Part shown: piece after piece, positions 55,962 to 64,000 of the stretch
Position numbering within the stretch: the first letter of the stretch is position 1
How the letters are laid out: every line of letters starts with the position of its first letter
NCBI GenBank assembly: GCA_025558095.1
Contig: JAIVFI010000001.1
Span: 62,001 to 126,000, forward strand
Reading direction: 5' to 3'
From: Hyaloraphidium curvatum SAG 235-1
Lineage: Eukaryota; Fungi; Monoblepharomycota
Length of the DNA stretch: 64,000 nt
Translations under genes and position numbers: made by a program
The notes under the pieces: model-generated
Told to the model about the DNA's origin: nothing
Seen by the model: only the letters and a program-made list of their open reading frames with translations
Databases searched by the model: none

Positions 55962-58497
55962 CTCCTTCTTTTCGCGCACGGCCGGCTCGACTGCACGGTG
56001 CGGGGTTCTCGCGGAGGGGGGGAGCGGGGCAGCCCCGGCCCCGGACCGGCTGCGGCGCCTCGGAAGGCGCCATCGACCCTCGGCGCGAGCTACCCAAGTT
56101 GCGATGGGACCGGGCGGGGCGTCTGCCGGCTGGCGAACGGCGGGGCGGGCGACAACGGCGGCGGGACGCCTCCCCGGCGACCCAAGCGGCTGTCTTGCCG
56201 GCTCGGAATGCCTTGTTTGGACGCGTTGCCGCCGCGGACGGGCATGGGAGGCGGTGGCAGCTCCGGTGGTCGGCGTCGGGGCCGCGCTGTTTGACGTTCG
56301 CTTGGACACCTGTTCGCCGCTCTACCGGACAGCTGCGGATCCTCTTGAGTGTCTCTGGAGCTCTTACCATTGCGGTGAGCGGCCGGACGGCGGCCATCGC
56401 GGCCAGGAGGCCTTGGAGGTGCTGCGGGCCGCGAGTCGTCGAGTCGCTCGGACCCGCTGCCCCACGGAGCGTCGGCCAAGCCCTCGCAAACTCCCTTCTT
56501 CGGGACCGTACGGTCATTCTCCGTAAGCCACGGGGCCATTGCCGGCCGGGAGGGAGTTCAGGCGACGGTGGAGCTCCCATCTTTGCGGGCCACGGCTCGC
56601 CACCGCCCTCGCCGTCACCGCACACCAACCGCCGCCGGCACCCTCCCGAGTTCCCGTCTGCGCTGATGGACGGACGGTTATAGCCGTGCGGCGGGCGTTC
56701 TGGCGGCCGGGAAGGGCTCGGAGCGCGCCCCGGATCGGCGGATTTGGGCACCAGTAGACCCGAACTCGAGCCAGGTTGGGGGCGCGTCGGACAGGTCGAG
56801 CTGGCCTCTTTGCGGCCGAGGAGCACTTTCGCGCGGCTCTGGCCCTGCTTCTTGCCCGGGAAGGACCGAGCGCAGCGGCGAAGACCGCGATCTGGTGTTC
56901 AACAATCTCCGCGGCGGACAGAGAGCAGATCCAACCCCTCGCTCGCAACCTCGATCCACGTTCTCGCCTTCGTAGCCGCCCCCTGCAGTGCGGCGCTTCC
57001 TCTGCCTCGTTGGGTGGGCGGAACTCAGGCGGATGAGGTCGCGTTCGGGTGTCGATTGGATCGCTCTCACCCTGAATTAGCGCAAGGGCGGGCGACGGTC
57101 GTCGGATCTGTGTGCGGATTCAGCTTTGGACGGCTTGAGGGCTCGCTACGGGGTGTCTTCATGCCGCTGGAACCTCACCGCCGCGGATCGCGCCGAGCTT
57201 AGTCGTTGACTTCGCCTGTGCCGGGGTTGGGCGGCCCCGGGCGCGCTCAGGTGACTCCGAGCTACAAAGGCCCAACTGGCGGGGACCGCAGCTGGCCTCG
57301 GCCCTCAACACCACGAGCTCAATCGCGGCGTCGAGTCGGAAAGATCACGAATCGAACGAAGCTTTGGCGGCGCTCATGGCTCCAGCTATTCGGGCAGCAG
57401 CAGGCGCTAGACCCGAAAGATTAATGAGCTGGTTAGGCTTGCAGATCAGGCACAGATTTCACCCACGAAAACAGTAACTGAAGGCACTTGATTCTAGACC
57501 GGCTGCTATGATTGCCCTGGCTCGGTAGTTGCCAAAGTCCCCACAGGGCGTCCCCCAGTGCCGGCGACCCCGGCAGCGCCGACGCCGGAAACGCTCGATG
57601 CCGCCCTTGTAGGTCGCGATTGGACGGAGGCGGTCGCCGCCGCCGCGGCGGGACGCCCGGGAAACCCCTCTGGACGTGCCGGTGACCCGGACCGGCCCGC
57701 GCCGAAACCCTGCCGCTGCGACCCGTTCGGGGCCTTTCCGGACGTTCTACGGATGTCCTTCATCGCGGACGGTGTCCAATTGCGGTCGTTGGTTCCGGTG
57801 GACCGCGGGCTCGACCCGAACAGGCGCGAAGGTGCGCCTCGCGAGTTCCCGGGCACAATCGCACTTCCCTCGTGCTGCGCAACGGGGTCGCTTTCTTTGC
57901 TTGCTCGGTTTGGGCACCGACCGGCATCGGACGAGGACTTGACCTGGGAAGGCCACTCTGGACGCCAGAGACCGTGAACGGGAACATTGCCCTCTCACGC
58001 AGCGGAGTACCCCCAGGGCCCTCAGATTTCGGCTACTGTAACTCGCTGGACCGCCTTTTGTCTCTCGCGGGCGGACCTTGTTTCGGCGCGGGGAGGCCGG
58101 GAACCTAGTGCAATCCGCTCTTGGCATGCCGGGTCGGATCAAGGGCTGCGGGGCGAACACCGCGCTATTGGTTTGTTTCGCTTTGTCTCCTCGTGTTTTG
58201 GGGACCTTCGGACGATGTTTTGCTCGGCACCGACGGCAAAAAGAGGTCGTTGTGCCGTTTCTCTGGGTGATCGCCACCCGGGTATCGCCGACCTCTGGTC
58301 GGCCCGTTGCAGCTCCTCGCCGGACGGCGGCCGCGCGAATCCCTAGAACATTGAGCGACGGTCCTACTCAAAAGCACCAATCGAACGAAGGGCACTGCAC
58401 GGTGCAGAATGACTTTACTTTCCTTGGGATATAATCAAGCAGCTCGGCTATTCTCTCCCCATTACCCTTCCTCCTTCCCGTCCTCCCGACGTGTGTT

Positions 58498-60531
58498 TCA
58501 GGCCACCAGCGCCACAACGGCCGCCACTCCCGCCGCCAGCACGAAACCACACTCCCTCGCCCCCTTGATCCCCCCCGACGCCGGGCAGTTCCTCGTGCAC
58601 GGCGGGCTCGTCACCGGCACGATCGTCCCCGACACGACCGTCAGGCTCGCCGCGGTCCTCGTCGCCGACTGGCTCCTCGTGGCCGTCGGCACCACGCTCG
58701 CCGTCGGCGGCGCCGCGGTCTTCGACGGCGTGGGGAACGTCGGCCTGACCTCGTGGTCGGGCCAGACGACCTCCTCGGGGATGTCCATCAGGGGGTCCGG
58801 GTAGCGCCAGGTGAGCGGGCCCATCTGCTCCTCCCCCTGCGACTCGACCTCGAGGATGCGGCCGTCGCACGAGTAGGTCATGTTGTCGGCCCACTGCATC
58901 ATGGCGTACGGCATGTCCCGCAGCATCGCGCGGCGCACGACCGGGTCCCACGAGATGGTGTAGTCCACGGGGACGCCGCCCTCGAGCTTGGCCTCCTCGA
59001 ACCACGCGAGCATCTTGAGCTGCGTCCAGCGTCCCGAGGTGGTGGCGTTGAAGACCTGCATCCACCAGTTGCGCTTGACGGCCACCTCGGTGTCGTTGCC
59101 CGTCACGTTGCCGAGGTAGTAGCGCGCGCCCGTCTCGGGGACGGACATGGGCTTGTTGTAGCGCAGGGCGAACATGTCGTGGAAGTTGTAGAGGATCGGG
59201 TTCCAGGTGAAGTTGCCCATAATGGCCTCGTTGAAGCGGTCGGGCGGGGGGAGCGAGTTAAGCGCCTCGACGGGGCCGCCCTGGTAGTAGGACTGGCAGG
59301 GGGCAGGGTAGGCAAGATCAGAAGAGCCGCGAGGACCTCCGGCGTTGCAACCCACCGAAATACCGACCCAGTCCACCACGTCCGCGCCCGGCCAGTACGG
59401 TGTGTACGGGTCGTCGCTCGGGTCGATGATGCCGTCGCGGTTGGTGTCCATGGCCCTCGAGTTGGGGTCGCTGATGTTTGTCCGCATCTGCGTCTCGGCG
59501 TAGGGGTACGACTCGCCGATGTTGGGCGCCCACAGCATCGCGGTCATGTTGGTGTAGCTCCTGAGGATGGGCACGAACTCGCGCCACACGCGCACAAAGT
59601 CGACGGGCTGCTGGCCGTACGCGCTCCAGGGCCCGTTCATCTCGTGGCAGAATCGCAGGAGCACGGGGACGCCGTACTCGTAGTTGACGCGGGCGAGGTT
59701 GCGTGAGATGTTGTGGAAGGTGGAGACGTTGATGGGGCGCGGGTTGCCGCGGAAGGTGATCTCGGGCATGAGGGCGACCATGAGCATGGGGGGCGCCGAG
59801 CCGGGGGGGCGGGGGGCGTTGGCGACCCCGACGGCCTAACCGAGCGGGGCGAGGCAAACGAGCGAAACGGGTGAGCTCACTGCGATCTGCGCGGCGTACG
59901 GCGAAACTCGCCATCTTGTAGAGGTTCCAGTCCTCCCAGCTCTGGTTGGGGAAGATCTTGACCCAGCCGCCGATGACGGCCGGCCGCCGGCCCAGGCGCG
60001 CGTCGATCTTGGTTGTCGAGTCGTTCTAAACCATCCGGAGGGGTGAGACCGTCGGCGGTAGATGGGGCTGCAGCGGGAGCAACGCACCAGCCAATCGAGG
60101 CCGAAGCCGAAGATGGGCTTGTAGCCCGGCGGCGGCTCTAGGCGGTTCAGCGTGGCCTGCGGGTCCGCCACCTTGGACGAGTTGAGGCACGTGCCCGCGA
60201 CGGCCTGCTGCAGCTCGCGCTCCTGCGCCGCCGCCGTTGGCGAGAAGAGGGCGAGCAGCGAGAGGACGGCGACGGCGAGCACCGCGATGGAGAGCGGGGC
60301 GGCCTTCCTGGTGACGGCAGATGTCGTAATGGTGAAGGTGTCGCGGCGATAGGAAGGAGGGGAGTTGGTGGTGCGGTGGCCGCGGGAGTTTCCAGCGGCG
60401 ACCAGTGCCGGTCCCCCGGCGGCGGCGGGCCGTGCGGAAGACGCCATCGGCGGCGCGGCACCGCGCGATGCGCTCTCAGGCAGCGCGGGGGCGGCGGTGG
60501 CGGGCGCGGAGGGCGATCGGCTGCCGCTCAT
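58498..60531 (-). CDS. Glycoside hydrolase family 26 protein, secreted, with Thr-rich linker and GPI-like hydrophobic tail
   Basis: LRFCHEMNGPW (acid/base Glu), YWPGADVVDWVGIS, KPMSVPETGA (nucleophile Glu); several short introns; start codon uncertain. Confidence 0.88.
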
Positions 60532-61120
60532 GGCGTCCGCGGGGCGGCGGGGGAGCGGCGACGAAAGTCGCCGACCGTGCGGAGGGCGTTCGCCGCGGGC
60601 CGGTGGATCTCGCTAAGGAGATCGCGCGGGCGGCGTCGGCGGCCCTCAAACGCCCGGGGAGCCGGGGAGCGCGCCGGGGAGGAAAGCGGATGCGAGTGCT
60701 CGGGGTGCAACGCCGCGCGCGGGGCTGGCAATCAACCATAGTGGGAAAGTGCCGTTTACCCCGGCCACCGAGGTCGGAATCCTGTCCGAATCACCAAGAG
60801 GAGCACTTTGATAGCTAAAGGACCGCTCCAGGTCCCCTGCAGGTCGGAGTGGAGTGTCCGCAGCTGTCCCCCAGCGCTGATGGGCCCCAGCGCAGGCTGA
60901 TCACCCCGGCCGGCGCCGCATCCCGCGATCGGATGCCCGACAATGAGCTAGGCGTGCGATTCAGGCTGGATGGCAGCGTGCTCGGTTGGGATTTCTCAGA
61001 GATGCGGCCGGGAAGGTGATGGGGGATCGGCAGCACTTCGCAGGGCGGCACCGCGGCCGCGACGCTCCAGAGTCACGCGCGCCCGACTTGCAAAGCAACC
61101 GCCGCCACCGCAGCCCCGCG

Positions 61121-61576
61121 ATGGCTTCGCACGCGGCCGCCGACAAGGCCGCCAACGCCAGGAAGGACGAGTCCGCGCCCCTTGTCGAACACGGGGACCA
61201 CCGCGCCCCGCTCTTCGAGGACCGCGACGTGGACGTCTTTGACACCTATCTGAAGATTAAGACCTACTACTTTCCGACCGCCACCTCCAAGAAGATCGAG
61301 TTCTCCGCTATCGAAAGGATCGAGACGGTCGAAGAGGCCGGCGTGGACTCCATGGGCTTGAAGAACTGGGGCATGGGCCTCTCCGACATCTGGTGGTCGT
61401 GCGACATGGACCGCGGGATCGGCGTGCAGTTCGGCGGCCTTCCCGCCGGGATGACGGGGGTGGTCGTCACCGTGCGCGGCGACTCGATCCGCAAGGGCTT
61501 CACCACGAACCGGTGGCCGGAGCTGAGGAGCGTGCTGGGGGGGATACCGGCACTGCGGGGGGCGTTCGAACGTTGA
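61121..61576 (+). CDS. Small conserved-looking hypothetical protein, possibly PH-like fold
   Basis: Strong codon bias; IKTYYFPTATSKKI and KNWGMGLSDIWWSCD. Confidence 0.65.
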   Translation: MASHAAADKAANARKDESAPLVEHGDHRAPLFEDRDVDVFDTYLKIKTYYFPTATSKKIEFSAIERIETVEEAGVDSMGLKNWGMGLSDIWWSCDMDRGIGVQFGGLPAGMTGVVVTVRGDSIRKGFTTNRWPELRSVLGGIPALRGAFER

Positions 61577-61844
61577 GCTGCGGCGGGCGGGAGGTGGGAC
61601 GCAGAGGACGAATTCGAGGCCCTCGGGGTCCGCCTCCGGGCCTGCCTGTTTTCGGACGCGGCGCGCGGCACACGGCACACGGGACGATGCGGACCGCCGG
61701 TAGGCGCGCCGAGGAGTCGTCCTTCGAAAGCCCGCAGGGCGGGCCAACAAGCCATCCAACAGTGGTCACAGGCCATGGAGCAGGGGTAAACCTTGCATGT
61801 ATACACAAGCCAGGACAGAGATGCCATGTCGCCGCCAGCTCCCC

Positions 61845-64000
61845 TCACTCCAACAAGCGGCCGCCCGACTCGACGCCCCCCCAGAAGTCCCCCGCCGCTC
61901 CGTCGTCGTCCCCCTCGTCCGCGCCGCCTTCGACGTCCACGTCCCGCGACGCAGGCCCTTCCTCCTCCTCCTCCTCCTCCTCGTCCTCGGGCGAGGGCGG
62001 CTTGGCCAGCTCCGCGGCGTTGGGCGCCCCCTCGGGCGGCACGGGACGCCAGCACGAGAGCAGCACCCTGTCGGGCTCGGACCCGACGTAGATGTCCTTC
62101 CCCTCCCGGTCCACCCGGATGAAGGCCGACTTGCGCGTCCCGGAACGCAGGCCGAAGGTGATGCCGGGGCAGCCGGCGCCGAGCGCCGGCCGGGCAAGGC
62201 CCGGCGTAGGGAGCCAGCACGCATCCGACTTGCGCTTGGGCTTGTCGGTCACCACGAGCTCGCTCGGGTCGTCCGGGCTCAGGGAGAGGTAATAGCCCGG
62301 CTTCTCGACCGACTCGAGGGTGAAGTGGTAGTTGGCCCCACAGATTGGCTTGAGCACCCTGAAGGCGGCCGACTTGTCCTTCTGCTGCTCGGGGATGTTC
62401 CCGCGCGCCAGCACGACCGTCCCGTCCTTGTCCGTGGTCAGGTAGGCCTTCTGCGGCATCCCCGTCGAGTGGAACGTGACCAGGTCGTCCAGGTTGATAG
62501 ACTCGGCGTTGATCTGCGGCTGGAAGCTCTGCACCTTGAGGTCCGCGCGCTTGCCGTCCTCGGGCACGCACGCCGTCACCCGGACCTTGCCCTTTTTGGT
62601 CGCCGTCATGCACTTGCCGTCGCTGGCCGTCGAGGCCATCACGACGTCCTCGAACGTGACGGGCGAGTCGAAGTCCGTGGCCACGGCGACGCCGGCGCTC
62701 TGGCACGACAGCTGACCGGTGCGGTTGTTGTACGTCCAGATGCCGTTCTGCACGTCCGCCAGGCAGGGCGAAAGGACAATGGAGGATTTGGCGTTGACCG
62801 ACAGGCACAGGTTGCCGTTCACCCGGAACGACTGGCCCTTTGGTTCGTTCCAAGACTAGATCGCGGGCGTGAGACGAGGCGTCGCAAAGCCGATCAGACG
62901 TCAGCAACCCACCATGAACATCGTCGCGCTGACCTTCTTCCGCAGCCGGCAAGGCGGTCCCTCGCGCGAAAACGCGCCGACGGTCGTCTCGCAGCTTAGG
63001 TACAGATCGTTCCCGAACTTGATGCGGAAGTCGTTGTCCTCGCCCTCGGGCATGCCGGGCGGCGCGCCGGGGTCGTAGCCGGGGAACAGCGCGGGCATGA
63101 CGGGGAGCTCCGAGGCGGAGATGTGCTGGCCTACACTGGCACCGGGATCGAGGGGATCGTCCTCCGCGGGCTTCTTGCGCGGCTTGCTTCTCGCCGGCTC
63201 CGAGTCCTCGTCGTCGGCGGCATCGTCGTCGCCGGCATCCCGCTTGCCCAGCTTGCGCTTCAGCAGGCGCTTCCGCCGGCGCTGCTCGAGGTGCAGCTCG
63301 ATGCCCTCCTCGGGCGTCATGTGCCGCGAGTCGTAGAGGATGGTGTCGTAGGCGTCCAGGAGGTCCCGCTTCTTGAAGCGGAAGTGTCCCGTGGGGAAGA
63401 ACTCGAGGTCCTCGAACTCGCGCTCGGCAAGGCGCATGAGCTTGGCGTGGTTGACGGCGCGCTGCTCGACGTTCGCCTTGAAGAAGTCAATGGCGGACTG
63501 GAGGAGGTCTGGAATGGAACGGTGTCAAGCGAGTCCATGCGCCTCCCGAACTAACCCACCATTGAAGTTGATGGTGAAGTCGATGTTGATCGAGGCGCCA
63601 AAGATCACGCCCTGGAACACGAGCCTGACCGACCCGCCCAGGAACCCGGATTTGAAGTCAGCGTCGAGCGACGCGCCGACCCCGACCTTGTCGATCCGGA
63701 TCATGTTGCGCAGTGCGTCGCCAATCATCTGGAAAAGTTTGCCGGCCGCGCGGACGACCGTTGAAAGGCCGTTGAGCACTGATGCACCGTGCAGCGTGAG
63801 ATTCAAATCGAAGTCCGCGAACTGCTCCCGCGCACCTCCTTCGGCCGCCTTCATGGCGCCGACCGCAATATCGAGAGCGCCTTGCGCAACCGTGCAGGCC
63901 GTCTGGCAGGCGCCGTTGATGATCTTGCCCGAGACGTAGTTCCAGCCCGTGCACACCCCCTGCTTGATCTTGTCGAAAGCCGAGATGACGACGGCCTTGA
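61845..64000 (-). CDS. Large protein, 5' end outside window, ending in ricin-B-like and AbfB/CBM42-like beta-trefoil domains
   Basis: LCLSV..IVLSPC..GIW; SAAFRVLKPICG..FTLESVEKPGYYL and DACWLPTPGLA; introns about 63503-63558 and 62840-62902. Confidence 0.68.

Overview
Gene-dense, very GC-rich eukaryotic DNA with short (about 50-70 nt) GT-AG introns. The rRNA and gene set point to an early-diverging fungus; a chytrid/monoblepharid such as Hyaloraphidium is my inference and was not verified. The dominant structure is two complete, solitary 18S-5.8S-28S rDNA units on the minus strand (15281-21060 and 46972-52751, offset 31691 bp). They are not tandem: about 20 kb of ordinary single-copy genes lies between them. 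The two units sit in a duplicated block (about 13435-25327 vs about 45367-58746) whose transcribed core is almost identical while the flanks have clearly diverged. Copy 1 carries a decayed piece of the 3' end of the GH26 gene that abuts copy 2, and a 254-bp TIR element with a 4-bp target duplication that is absent from copy 2. Copy 2 has a duplicated promoter-like region. About 20 protein genes are present, including an MFS transporter, two SDRs, an Nrg1-like C2H2 factor, a TRAPPC11-like gene, DUF726, GH26, and bacterial-looking NeuD/PglD acetyltransferase and GH110-like genes. Coordinates were read by eye, so exon and rRNA ends may be off by a few bases.
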